Positions 40,828-50,576 of a stretch of 64,000 nt of DNA are shown here, piece after piece. The DNA is from an uncultured Actinomycetes bacterium. GTDB lineage: Bacteria; SZUA-79; Acidulodesulfobacterales; Acidulodesulfobacteraceae. Position 1 is the first letter of the stretch; each line of letters opens with the position of its first letter. Below the pieces are notes generated by a model. It worked only from the letters and a program-made list of their open reading frames with translations. It was not told where the DNA came from and made no database searches. The DNA lies in the NCBI GenBank assembly GCA_964631685.1, contig CAZVZU010000001.1, forward strand, positions 128,001-192,000, given 5' to 3'. The position numbers and the translations under genes are program-made.

Positions 40828-43800
40828 ATGAATAAAAATTTTAACGGCAAGATTACCGAATATTTCATAGAGAACAAGTTGACCGTTTTGCTTATTTTAT
40901 TTATTATCGGGTTCGGTATAGTTGCGGTACTTCTTACACCAAGGCAGTATAATCCTCAAATTATCGTTCCTGCCGCGAATGTTATCGTCAGATTTCCGGG
41001 TGCTAGTGCAAATGAAGTGGAAAATCTTGTTAGTAAACCTCTTGAAAGAAAAATATGGCAGATTCCTGGCGTAAAGCATGTCTATGCTGTTTCCATGAAT
41101 TCGCAATCTATCGTGACTGTTGAGTTTCATGTAAATGCAAGCAGAAATAAAAGTCTTGTAGATTTATACAACAAGATTTTTTCTAATATGAATGAAATCC
41201 CCAAGGGCGTGTTGCGTCCTATTATAAAGCCGATAGACGTAAATCACGTTCCTATACTTAATATTACGCTGTGGAGTAAAAAATACAGCTCCGGATATTT
41301 GACAACTATTGCCAATAGGATATTGGATAAGTTAGATGCCGTTCATGGAACGGGTGTTACCTCTTTAAACGGGGCCAGATATAAACAATTAAACGTTTAT
41401 CTTAATCCCATAAAGATGGCGGCATATCATGTTTCGCCACTAATGATAGCCCGAGAGCTTAAAAATACTAATATTGATTTGCCAGCAGGATTTTTGCAGA
41501 ATAATAATAAAAAAATATTTTTGACGGCGGGGGGATATTTTCATAATGTTAATTCCGTCAAAAATTTCATTGTTTCCGTTTTTAACGGTGAACCTGTTTA
41601 TTTGAAGGATGTGGCAACGGTTGACTACTCCTATAAGCCGTTAAATTTTTTGTCTGAAGTTGGTTTTGGCAAATATTATAGAGAGATAAATTTTCAAGAC
41701 AAAATAACAGCCGGAGCAAAGGGTCTATACCCCGCCGTAACCATTGCTATTGCAAAAAGAAGGGGAAGGAATGCGGTTACAGTAGTCGACAATGTGCTTA
41801 AAAGGTTTCACTCTATAGTGAAAAGTAGCGTACCGAACGGTGTTCATTATATCATCACAAGGAATCATGGCAAAAAGGCGAATAAAGCTGTTAATGAACT
41901 TTTATTTCATTTAATGGTAAGTATAGCTATAGTGACATGTCTTCTTTTAGTAATATTGGGATGGAGAGAGGCGTTTATAGTTGCCTTTGCTATTCCATTA
42001 ATGTTGTTTTTAACCCTCGGTATTGCTTTTATTTTTCATCAAACACTTAACAGGATAACCTTGTTTGCTTTAATATTGTCCCTCGGTCTTCTTGTTGATA
42101 ATGCGATTGTCGTTATTGACAATATAGAAAGGGTTTTTTCGAGACATAGGAATATACTGCCTTCTTATGCCGTGGATGCAGTTAACGAGATCGGAAATCC
42201 TAATTTTTTTGCAACCCTTGCAGTTATAGTATCTTTCATACCTATGTTGTTTGTCACGGGCATGATGGGTCCGTATATGAGGCCCATTCCGTTTAATGTC
42301 CCTATAGCCATGATAGTGTCATTATTTATTGCTCTTACTATTGTTCCGTGGTTTTATTTAAAACTTATGGCAAATGAGAAGGGTTTGGCTCTTATCTATA
42401 AGAAAGAAAAGAAGAAGGAAAACAAGGACATAAAGAAGGGTTTATATGGTAAAATACTGACCCCTTTACTCGAGAACAAAAAAAAGAGACTCATTTTCAT
42501 GGGAGTAATAGTTATTCTCTTTCTTGCATCAATGGCGTTGCCAATGTTAAGGATAGTGAAGTTTAAGATGCTTCCCGTTACTAATGCAAATACATTCTTG
42601 ATCACAGTAAATACAAAACCGGGTTCGTCTTTCGAAAGAACTAATCTCGTAACGCTTGGTATAATAAATTATTTAAAAAAAATAAAGCAGGTTAAAGATT
42701 ATGTTGTTAGTGTTGGAGCACCATCCGTTGTAGATTTTTCAGGACTATTGCGCGGTTCTAATTTTAGGAACGCAAGCTGGTTTTCCGAGATAAGGGTAAA
42801 TTTAACAGATAAAAACAAAAGGACAATATCGTCGCACCAACTTGCCTTGAATATTTTGCCGATGGTTCATAAAATAGGCAAAAAATATGATGCAGTAATA
42901 AAGGTCATCGAAACCCCCCCGGGTCCGCCAGTAAAGGCAACGATAGTTGCCAGAATTTATGGTCAGAATTATAAGGAACAAGAAAAATTATCCAAAATTG
43001 TGGAAAAAAGAATAAAAAATACGAGGGATGTGACAGATGTAAGTTCTTCTTACAAAAAACGCATAAAAAAAATAATGCTGGTTGTAAGAAGGCATAAGGC
43101 CGCATTACTTGGAATAACATCAGAAGAAATTGCAAGAACCGTATATCTTTTGAATAACGGCATGACGGTTGGGACTATTCATGGAAAAGGGCATCTTCAT
43201 CAGCAAAATATCTTTTTAAGGATGCCGGATTCCTTTAGGACGAGTATTAATTCATTGACAAGCATATGGATTTATGCTCCATACATACACAAGTTGGTGC
43301 CCTTAACATCCATTATCAGCATAAAGCATGGTTATCTACATAATATGATTTATGAACGAGATCTGAGACCCGTTGTGTATGTTTATGGCAAGGTTGTAAA
43401 AAGAAGTCCTTTGTATGTAAATTTAAATCTGTTTTTGCATTTTTTATCACACCCATTGCCCGCCGGTTACAGCATAGAATGGGGAGGGGCATGGCATCTT
43501 ACACTTAAAGTTTTTGCGCAATTGGGCGCAGCTATGGGGATGGCTATTTTGCTTATTTATATACTCTTAGTCGGTTACACCGGTTCATTTATATTGCCGA
43601 TAATACTTATGGGTGCGATACCACTTGAAATGGTGGGAATAATGCCCGGTTTTGCCGTTATCGGAACATATTTTACGGCAACATCTATGATAGGAGCGAT
43701 AGCTTTATCGGGGATTGTTATAAGAAATTCATTATTGCTGTTGGAATTTATTAATGATAGAAAAAAAGAAGGATATAACATAACGGATGCGCTAATTGAA

Positions 43801-44019
43801 GCTGGCGCAATGAGGGCAAGGCCGATTATTATTACTGCTCTTGCGGTAGTGTTCGGCTCTATGATATTAGTAACCGATCCCGTATGGAACGGACTTGCTT
43901 GGGCGCTTATTTTTGGAATGATTGCGTCCACTGCACTGACACTCGTGGTAATTCCTGTATTATATTATATGATCGAGGGAAGCAGGTGGCATAAAGAGGA
44001 TACTCACGATAGTTTATAG
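40828..44019 (+). CDS. RND efflux permease (AcrB/AcrD/AcrF family)
   Basis: FPGASANEVE, GLLVDNAIVV, RARPIIIT; 1063 aa. Confidence 0.94.
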   Translation: MNKNFNGKITEYFIENKLTVLLILFIIGFGIVAVLLTPRQYNPQIIVPAANVIVRFPGASANEVENLVSKPLERKIWQIPGVKHVYAVSMNSQSIVTVEFHVNASRNKSLVDLYNKIFSNMNEIPKGVLRPIIKPIDVNHVPILNITLWSKKYSSGYLTTIANRILDKLDAVHGTGVTSLNGARYKQLNVYLNPIKMAAYHVSPLMIARELKNTNIDLPAGFLQNNNKKIFLTAGGYFHNVNSVKNFIVSVFNGEPVYLKDVATVDYSYKPLNFLSEVGFGKYYREINFQDKITAGAKGLYPAVTIAIAKRRGRNAVTVVDNVLKRFHSIVKSSVPNGVHYIITRNHGKKANKAVNELLFHLMVSIAIVTCLLLVILGWREAFIVAFAIPLMLFLTLGIAFIFHQTLNRITLFALILSLGLLVDNAIVVIDNIERVFSRHRNILPSYAVDAVNEIGNPNFFATLAVIVSFIPMLFVTGMMGPYMRPIPFNVPIAMIVSLFIALTIVPWFYLKLMANEKGLALIYKKEKKKENKDIKKGLYGKILTPLLENKKKRLIFMGVIVILFLASMALPMLRIVKFKMLPVTNANTFLITVNTKPGSSFERTNLVTLGIINYLKKIKQVKDYVVSVGAPSVVDFSGLLRGSNFRNASWFSEIRVNLTDKNKRTISSHQLALNILPMVHKIGKKYDAVIKVIETPPGPPVKATIVARIYGQNYKEQEKLSKIVEKRIKNTRDVTDVSSSYKKRIKKIMLVVRRHKAALLGITSEEIARTVYLLNNGMTVGTIHGKGHLHQQNIFLRMPDSFRTSINSLTSIWIYAPYIHKLVPLTSIISIKHGYLHNMIYERDLRPVVYVYGKVVKRSPLYVNLNLFLHFLSHPLPAGYSIEWGGAWHLTLKVFAQLGAAMGMAILLIYILLVGYTGSFILPIILMGAIPLEMVGIMPGFAVIGTYFTATSMIGAIALSGIVIRNSLLLLEFINDRKKEGYNITDALIEAGAMRARPIIITALAVVFGSMILVTDPVWNGLAWALIFGMIASTALTLVVIPVLYYMIEGSRWHKEDTHDSL

Positions 44020-44046
44020 TTTAAATTTTAAAAAGAGGTTAACAAT

Positions 44047-44808
44047 ATGCCGATAAGATTCGAATGCATGAATAGTTGTATGGCCGTGATAGACATAGAC
44101 TTAGGGGGCAGAAATACCTTTAATATACCGGAAATGAACGAGTTGATTAGGATATTTAAAGAAGATATTGAAAAAGAGTTGGATTTAAGGGTCGTACTAA
44201 TAAAAAGCTCTAATCATGATTTTTTTGCAACAGGACCATCCATTAAAGAGCTTAAAACCCTTGATAAGAATGGAGCAAGATATTATATAACCGTTCTAAG
44301 TATGATGATCGAACATATCCAGAAGGCCTCTGTTCCTGTGATTTGTGTTGTTAAAGGAATAGTTACCGGTATCGGGTTTGATATTGTGTCTTCTGCCGAT
44401 TTTAGATTTGCAAGTAAAGATGCTGTTTTTGCCGATGTATCATCAAAATATGGCCTGTTATCGCCTTCATCAATAGCATTAAGGCTGAGTTTTTTAATAG
44501 GAGTTCAAAGGGCGACGGAAATTACATTGAGCGGTAAAGACTACTCAAGCGATGATTTATATAAATTTAATTATCTGACAAATGTTTTTGCCTCTGATGA
44601 AATTGACAAGAAGGTTGACGATTTCGTAAACGGGTTTAAAAAATTATCAATTGATTCTTTAAATCTTAAAAGAAGATTTTTTACAAATTTATGGAAGAAT
44701 TATTCTGAAAGTTACCAATTTCCGATAGGTGATATGTTTTCTGAACTTCTTGAAAATGGAAAAGATTGGAAGAAATCGTCATTAACTTTCGACAACGAAA
44801 GTCTATAG
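44047..44808 (+). CDS. Enoyl-CoA hydratase/isomerase (crotonase) family, divergent
   Basis: PVICVVKG..TGIGFDIVSSADFRFAS. Confidence 0.75.
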   Translation: MPIRFECMNSCMAVIDIDLGGRNTFNIPEMNELIRIFKEDIEKELDLRVVLIKSSNHDFFATGPSIKELKTLDKNGARYYITVLSMMIEHIQKASVPVICVVKGIVTGIGFDIVSSADFRFASKDAVFADVSSKYGLLSPSSIALRLSFLIGVQRATEITLSGKDYSSDDLYKFNYLTNVFASDEIDKKVDDFVNGFKKLSIDSLNLKRRFFTNLWKNYSESYQFPIGDMFSELLENGKDWKKSSLTFDNESL

Positions 44809-44826
44809 CGTTATTTGCTTTTTTGC

Positions 44827-44855
44827 TTGACAATATCCCGCACATATTCTATAGT
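44827..44855 (+). promoter_or_regulatory. Sigma70 promoter of arsR-family gene
   Basis: TTGACA-17 nt-TATAGT. Confidence 0.65.
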
Positions 44856-44906
44856 CGGAACATACGCATAATTGTTATATCTCATATCATAAAAAATAAA
44901 TAAAAA

Positions 44907-45278
44907 ATGGAAGAGGGGCTTTGCGTCAGTGATAAGTATCTGAACAGAAAATGCAAAGAATTGGCTTATATTTTTAAGCTTTTGTCCAATTCTACGAGAT
45001 TAGGGATCTTGTGTATTGTTTGTGATGAAGAGGTTAGCGTAAATGATATATCTTCCGCCCTTGGGAAGTCCCAGTCTAACATTTCCCAGCACTTGGCCGT
45101 TTTAAGAAATACATCAATGGTCGACTATAAAAGAGACGACAATAGGCTCTTGTATTACTTGAAAAATCCCAAAATAAGACAGTTGATTAAAGATATCAAA
45201 GAGATAAAAGACACAAAGGACTTTAAGGATATAAGAATATCTGACGATATATTGCCTAAGACCAGTGATAGCCAATGA
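44907..45278 (+). CDS. ArsR/SmtB-family transcriptional regulator
   Basis: FKLLSNSTRLGILC, SQSNISQHLAVLR. Confidence 0.9.
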   Translation: MEEGLCVSDKYLNRKCKELAYIFKLLSNSTRLGILCIVCDEEVSVNDISSALGKSQSNISQHLAVLRNTSMVDYKRDDNRLLYYLKNPKIRQLIKDIKEIKDTKDFKDIRISDDILPKTSDSQ

Positions 45279-45472
45279 TAGTAATTGTTTTTCGTGTTTA
45301 AAATTCAGTTTTGCATCTTTGAAAGCATATTCTGTGTAAATCTTCTTCTTATGCCGCGCAACAGCCTCTATTACGGGCTATGACATTTTAGACTTATCCT
45401 TGTTAATCAAAAAAAATTATAGTATTATACAAGCTGGATTGTTTAAAATTTATATACCATTAAGGAGGAATA

Positions 45473-45916
45473 TTGATTATGAAGACTATCAATGGATGTG
45501 ATGTTCCTGAAGATTTGTACTACAGCGTTGAAAAACATGTGTGGGGAAAGATTGAATCCGATGGAATGGTTACTATGGGAATGACGAGCGTAGCTCAGGG
45601 ATTAGCAGGTAAACTTCTTTATATTACACCAAAAAAGATAGGGCGTAAAGTTGCTCAATTAAAATCAGTTGCAACTGTCGAAAGCGGTAAGTATGTCGGG
45701 CCCGTCCCCGCCCCATTTTCTGGTGAAATTACCACTATAAACGAAGATGTAATTCAAAATGTATCCATTATAAATACTGATCCTTACGGAAAGGGATGGG
45801 TTTGTAAAATAAAACCGGATAATATTGAAACAGATAAGAAAAATCTTCTTACTGGAAAAGACGCTGTGGATGCATACAAAAAAAAGATAGAAGCCGATGG
45901 CATTAAATGCGAGTAA
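45473..45916 (+). CDS. GcvH-like lipoate-binding protein (LbpA-type), copy 1
   Basis: VPEDLYY, lipoyl site VESGKYVGP, INTDPYGKGW. Confidence 0.88.
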   Translation: MIMKTINGCDVPEDLYYSVEKHVWGKIESDGMVTMGMTSVAQGLAGKLLYITPKKIGRKVAQLKSVATVESGKYVGPVPAPFSGEITTINEDVIQNVSIINTDPYGKGWVCKIKPDNIETDKKNLLTGKDAVDAYKKKIEADGIKCE

Positions 45917-45949
45917 CATTGTAAATACAAGATTGGGGGAGGATAACAA

Positions 45950-46396
45950 ATGACGCTTTTTAATGAATGCAATATTCCTGAAGATTTGTACTACGATATT
46001 GAAAATCAGGTATGGGGCAGAAAAAACGATGACGGAACTTTCACATTTGGCATGACTGATCCTGCCCAATCTTTGGCTGGAAGAATTCTTTATGCTGACG
46101 TGAAAGCTGTAGGAAAAATTGTAAAAAAAGGTAAAAGTGCAGCTACAATTGAAAGTGGAAAATATGTTGGTCCGTTTCCGATGCCCTTTGCGGGGGAAAT
46201 AGTTGAGGTAAATAGTGAATTAGAAAATGATTCTCATGTAATCAATACGGATCCATACGGAAAAGGCTGGATAGTTAAGTTAAAACCTATTCAGGAGTCG
46301 CTGTCCGATACAAATTCCCTTGTAACAGGTGAAGAGGCTGTCAATGCTTATATAAATAAACTAAGGGAAGAAGATATAATCTGCAAAAAGAGATAA
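45950..46396 (+). CDS. GcvH-like lipoate-binding protein (LbpA-type), copy 2
   Basis: IPEDLYY, IESGKYVGP, INTDPYGKGW. Confidence 0.88.
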   Translation: MTLFNECNIPEDLYYDIENQVWGRKNDDGTFTFGMTDPAQSLAGRILYADVKAVGKIVKKGKSAATIESGKYVGPFPMPFAGEIVEVNSELENDSHVINTDPYGKGWIVKLKPIQESLSDTNSLVTGEEAVNAYINKLREEDIICKKR

Positions 46397-46402
46397 ATCT
46401 AC

Positions 46403-47404
46403 ATGAGCTTTTATGAATTTGACCATAATTTAAATGCAGAATATTTAGAGGGTTTTAAGATAAGGGGTACGAACTTTGATTCCGAGATACATTTTTATGC
46501 CCCAAGCATAAAGTCGTACGAAACCGAAGATTTTAAAAACAATAAGTCGAACTCATTTCTTCCATTTTCCATTACAGGGGAATCGTGTTCCTTAAAGTGC
46601 GAGCATTGCAATGCTGAAATTTTAAAGTCCATGGCTCCGGTCGTCACGCCGGAAAGCCTTTATGAAAAAGCACGTTCTATACATAAATCCAAAGGAAGTG
46701 GGTTTCTATTGAGTGGTGGCTCCAATAGCAAGGGGATAGTCGATATTCTTCCTTATATAGGTATCATAAAAAAGATAAAATTAGACTTTAATCTTAAAAT
46801 TATAGTTCATTGTGGGTTATTAACAGAAGACATAGCGGACGGACTTTATAACGCTGGCGTGGATTCTGCTATGTTGGATATCATAGGCGACGAAGATACC
46901 ATTCATAAGGTGTACCATCTTAATGCGACGGTTGGCGACTACGAAAGTTCCCTGCGATTTTTATCGGAAAGAGGTATTCCTTGTTCTCCTCATGTTGTTA
47001 TCGGATTAAAGCATGGCAAGATTGTCGGAGAGTACAATGCGATAGATATCATATCACGTTACAATATTTCATCCCTTGTCTTAGTGGGTTTTATGCCCAT
47101 GCAGAATACAAAAATGGAAAATACTATTCCACCGCAACCCGAAGAAATTGGAGATATTTTTCTGTATGCCCGCAAAAAATTTCTTGATACTCCCATTTTA
47201 TTAGGATGCGAGAGACCTTACGGTTTAAGCAAGTTTAAAATAGAAGAGCTAGCAGTTAAAGCCGGACTAAACGGCATAGCTTATCCTTCCGAAGGTGTTA
47301 TACCTTTTAGTGTAAGCTTGGGATTAAAGCCTAAATTGTCTGCGGTTTGTTGTTCTTTGATTTTTTCAGAAATGGCTTTGGCTACTGTTCGACTGGGAAA
47401 TTAA
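46403..47404 (+). CDS. lipS1: Radical SAM lipoyl synthase component LipS1-like
   Basis: CSLKCEHC; LGCERP and C-terminal CC motifs; gene context. Confidence 0.8.
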   Translation: MSFYEFDHNLNAEYLEGFKIRGTNFDSEIHFYAPSIKSYETEDFKNNKSNSFLPFSITGESCSLKCEHCNAEILKSMAPVVTPESLYEKARSIHKSKGSGFLLSGGSNSKGIVDILPYIGIIKKIKLDFNLKIIVHCGLLTEDIADGLYNAGVDSAMLDIIGDEDTIHKVYHLNATVGDYESSLRFLSERGIPCSPHVVIGLKHGKIVGEYNAIDIISRYNISSLVLVGFMPMQNTKMENTIPPQPEEIGDIFLYARKKFLDTPILLGCERPYGLSKFKIEELAVKAGLNGIAYPSEGVIPFSVSLGLKPKLSAVCCSLIFSEMALATVRLGN

Positions 47405-47408
47405 AAAA

Positions 47409-48956
47409 ATGTTCAGGATAATAGACACCGGGGTTAAAGATTTTTCGTTCAATATATGTATAGATAAAGCCCTTGTAGAATTAAGAAAAAAAGAGATAAT
47501 TCCGGACACCTTGCGTTTCTTAGTTTTTGAGCCCTGTGCTTTAGTGGGTTACCACCAATCCGTTTTTAGCGAAATAAGGGAGGACTATTGCAAGGACAAC
47601 GATATTGCAATTGGCAGAAGAATTACCGGGGGTGGGGCTATATATTGCGATGATTTGCAACTCGGCTGGGAGCTTGTTTTTTCTTCAAAAAGCATAAAAA
47701 TAGGCAGTCTCGAAAAACTTACGGAAAACGTATGTCATGCCTTTACTAAGGGAATTAGAAGACTTGGTATTAATGCAAGGTTTAGGGCAAGGAACGACAT
47801 AGAGGTAGACGGCAGAAAAATTTCCGGAACAGGCGGAACCTATGAATCGTCCGTTTATTTTTTTCAAGGGACTCTACTTTTAGACTTTAATCTCAAACAT
47901 ATGATCAAGTCTCTCAAAATTCCAGTTGAGAAATTGACTTCAAAAAATCTAGATTCTATACTTTCGAGGGTAACGTCCATTAAAAGTCTGCTTGGTTACA
48001 TTCCTGAGATGGATATAATTAAATCTGCAATTATTTCCGGGTTTGAGGAATATTTAAATCTTGATTTTTATAAGGGTAATATATCTAAAGAGGAGCTTGG
48101 ATTTTTAAAAAATAACCGTCCATATTATGCTTCAAATGACTGGGTTTATTTGAATGAATTTGATCCCGTTGAAACAAAAATGATTTCGGATATTTATAAA
48201 TGTAACGGTGGGATTTTTAAAACATATGCGAGGGTTGATAAAAAGCGTGATTTGTTAAAATATATTTACTTTACGGGTGATTATTTTGTGTCACCGACGA
48301 GGGCGATATCTGATCTGGAGTGTTACCTTAAAGACTCTTTTTTTGACGATATGCTACTTAAAATAGATGACTATTTTAAGAAATTCAAGCCAGAATTTCA
48401 AAATGTAAAAAAAGAAGATTTTTTTGATATCGCCAACCGAATAATAAACAAAGTTAATTTCTCTAAAAATATCGATATAGATGAAGCGGAATTGTCAAGG
48501 TGTATTTTTATAAACGGTATGAAGCCGGGTGATATTTCCGGTGTCCAATTTATTCTTTTGCCTTATTGTTCTAAAAAGATAGGATGCGAATATAGGAATG
48601 CTGATTATTGCGCTTCCTGCGGTGAATGTGAAACTGGGTTCGCTTATGAATTTGCCAAAAAATACAACATTCAGCCAAAGACGATAATAAATTATGAAAA
48701 TTTAGTTGAAACATTGGCTGAACTTAAGGATAAAAACATCAAATCGTACATAGGATTTTGCTGTAAGGAATTTTATATTAAAAGAAACATCGCATTTAAA
48801 GAAAGCGGTATAAAGGCACTGCTAATAGACATATCATCGCCGTTGTGCTATCGTTATGACAAGGTAGAGGACGCGTTCAAGGGAAAATTTAATAAGAAGA
48901 CAGACCTCGGCGTTAATATCTTGAAAAGTTTAAAAAATTATATGAATGATGCGTAA
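47409..48956 (+). CDS. Lipoate-protein ligase (sLpl(AB)-like) fused to a C-terminal Cys-rich DUF116-like domain
   Basis: RRITGGGAIY, NDIEVDGRKISGTGG, TGDYF; LPYC...C...CASCGEC and GFCC tail. Confidence 0.85.
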   Translation: MFRIIDTGVKDFSFNICIDKALVELRKKEIIPDTLRFLVFEPCALVGYHQSVFSEIREDYCKDNDIAIGRRITGGGAIYCDDLQLGWELVFSSKSIKIGSLEKLTENVCHAFTKGIRRLGINARFRARNDIEVDGRKISGTGGTYESSVYFFQGTLLLDFNLKHMIKSLKIPVEKLTSKNLDSILSRVTSIKSLLGYIPEMDIIKSAIISGFEEYLNLDFYKGNISKEELGFLKNNRPYYASNDWVYLNEFDPVETKMISDIYKCNGGIFKTYARVDKKRDLLKYIYFTGDYFVSPTRAISDLECYLKDSFFDDMLLKIDDYFKKFKPEFQNVKKEDFFDIANRIINKVNFSKNIDIDEAELSRCIFINGMKPGDISGVQFILLPYCSKKIGCEYRNADYCASCGECETGFAYEFAKKYNIQPKTIINYENLVETLAELKDKNIKSYIGFCCKEFYIKRNIAFKESGIKALLIDISSPLCYRYDKVEDAFKGKFNKKTDLGVNILKSLKNYMNDA

Positions 48957-48969
48957 TAGGAGGCATATA

Positions 48970-50055
48970 ATGAACGACAATATATCGGCAGTTAGCAATG
49001 CGGACGATTACGAAAATGCGGCTAGTTCCGAAAATTCTCCTGACTACCTAAAGGTTAGTCTTGCTGCCGCAATGACGCTTGGTTTTGTTCCCGGAGTGTT
49101 TTATCGGAATGCATGTCTTCATTGCGTAAATGTATTGCTTGTTTACGATGATGGATGCAGGGCTAATTGTGCATATTGCGGCCTTCAAAAGTCAAGAGCG
49201 GGTAAATATAACGAAAAAAGCTTCATTAGAGTGGATTGGCCGGTTTTTAAGACAGACGATATTATTAATTTTACTCTCAAGAATAAAGAGACGGTGCATA
49301 GGATTTGTATCTCCATGATAACGCACGAAATGGCTAAAGAAGATACGTTCAGCATACTAAAAAGATTTGCAGACAAACTGCATTGCCCTGTTTCAATATT
49401 AATGACGCCAACGATATTGAAACATGAGGATATAGATAGGTTTAAAAGATACGGGGCGGATATTGTAACCGTAGCATTAGATGCCGCAACACCGGAGCTT
49501 TTTGATAGGTATCGGGGTAGAGGGGTCAATGGTCCTCATAGGTGGGAAAAGTATAATGATATTTTAAATTATTCGGTTTCCGTTTTTGGCAAGAATAAGG
49601 TAGGGTGCCATTTGGTTGTTGGTTTAGGTGAAACAGAAAAAGAAATGATACACAGGATTCAAGCCATTCGCGATAAGGGTGCAAGGTCTCATCTTTTTTC
49701 CTTTTATAGGGAAACCGGTTCCAGATTGGAGAGTCATCCACAATGTCCGCCAGGGCAATTCAGGCGTGTTCAGGTTGCAAGACATGTCATAGACTACGAC
49801 ATGGGGAGGGTGAAAGATATGGAATTTGATGATAGTGGTAGGGTTATAGATTTTGGTATTCCTTTTAAGGATGTGGCTGAGATTATAGAAAACGGAACAG
49901 CTTTTCAAACCACAGGCTGTCCTGGTAAAACCGAAATATCTGCTTGCAACAGACCTTTTGGAGATTCTTCTCCAAAAAATATCAGGAGTTTTCCGTTTAA
50001 ATTAAATGCGACAGATATAGCGAGGGTTAGAAAAGAACTCTTGAGATATAATTAA
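48970..50055 (+). CDS. lipS2: Radical SAM lipoyl synthase component LipS2-like
   Basis: CRANCAYC; TTGCPG...ACNRP motif; AGGAGG before ATG 48970. Confidence 0.82.
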   Translation: MNDNISAVSNADDYENAASSENSPDYLKVSLAAAMTLGFVPGVFYRNACLHCVNVLLVYDDGCRANCAYCGLQKSRAGKYNEKSFIRVDWPVFKTDDIINFTLKNKETVHRICISMITHEMAKEDTFSILKRFADKLHCPVSILMTPTILKHEDIDRFKRYGADIVTVALDAATPELFDRYRGRGVNGPHRWEKYNDILNYSVSVFGKNKVGCHLVVGLGETEKEMIHRIQAIRDKGARSHLFSFYRETGSRLESHPQCPPGQFRRVQVARHVIDYDMGRVKDMEFDDSGRVIDFGIPFKDVAEIIENGTAFQTTGCPGKTEISACNRPFGDSSPKNIRSFPFKLNATDIARVRKELLRYN

Positions 50056-50088
50056 ACTGATGTAAATAAATCAGGGGGGTGCAGCGCA

Positions 50089-50544
50089 TTGTCGGAAACA
50101 GAAACCGTCAAGGTAAAGGTAATACATGCTAATAATTTGCAAAATCAGATTATAACTAAAGGTTACACTATCATGACGGATGAACCTAAAGAGTCGGGTG
50201 GAGACGAGTTGGCGCCCAATCCAATAGAACTTTTATTGGGTGCCGAGGGTGCATGTACTATCTCTGTCATAATGATGTTTGCAAAAAGGATGAAATATAA
50301 CCTGAAGGGCGTTGAAATAAACTTGATCTATAAAAGAGTCAAAGCATCAGGCGTAAATATTGATAATGAAAAGGGCTATGTCCATAAAATAGAAAAAAAC
50401 ATAAAATTTATAGGCAACCTTGACGACGACGCAATAGGGGAATTGCAGGGAGTTTCAAAAAGATGTCCTGTTCATAATATAATAGCAAAACGTTCATATT
50501 TCGATATTTCCTTCGAATATAGCAACGTGTCTGTGAGTAAGTAA
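50089..50544 (+). CDS. OsmC/Ohr family protein
   Basis: DEP..GG...PNPIELLLGA.GACT and CPVH. Confidence 0.88.
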   Translation: MSETETVKVKVIHANNLQNQIITKGYTIMTDEPKESGGDELAPNPIELLLGAEGACTISVIMMFAKRMKYNLKGVEINLIYKRVKASGVNIDNEKGYVHKIEKNIKFIGNLDDDAIGELQGVSKRCPVHNIIAKRSYFDISFEYSNVSVSK

Positions 50545-50576
50545 TTGACTGAATTTAATGGAGATATAAAAATATT

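Noticed and set aside
45473..46396. Calling the two carriers gcvH of a glycine cleavage system
   Set aside because: Lipoyl motif is ESGK rather than ESVK, and gcvT/gcvP are absent from the window
46403..50055. Calling the radical SAM genes bioB or lipA
   Set aside because: They lack the LipA N-terminal auxiliary-cluster motif, and their motifs and context fit LipS1/LipS2
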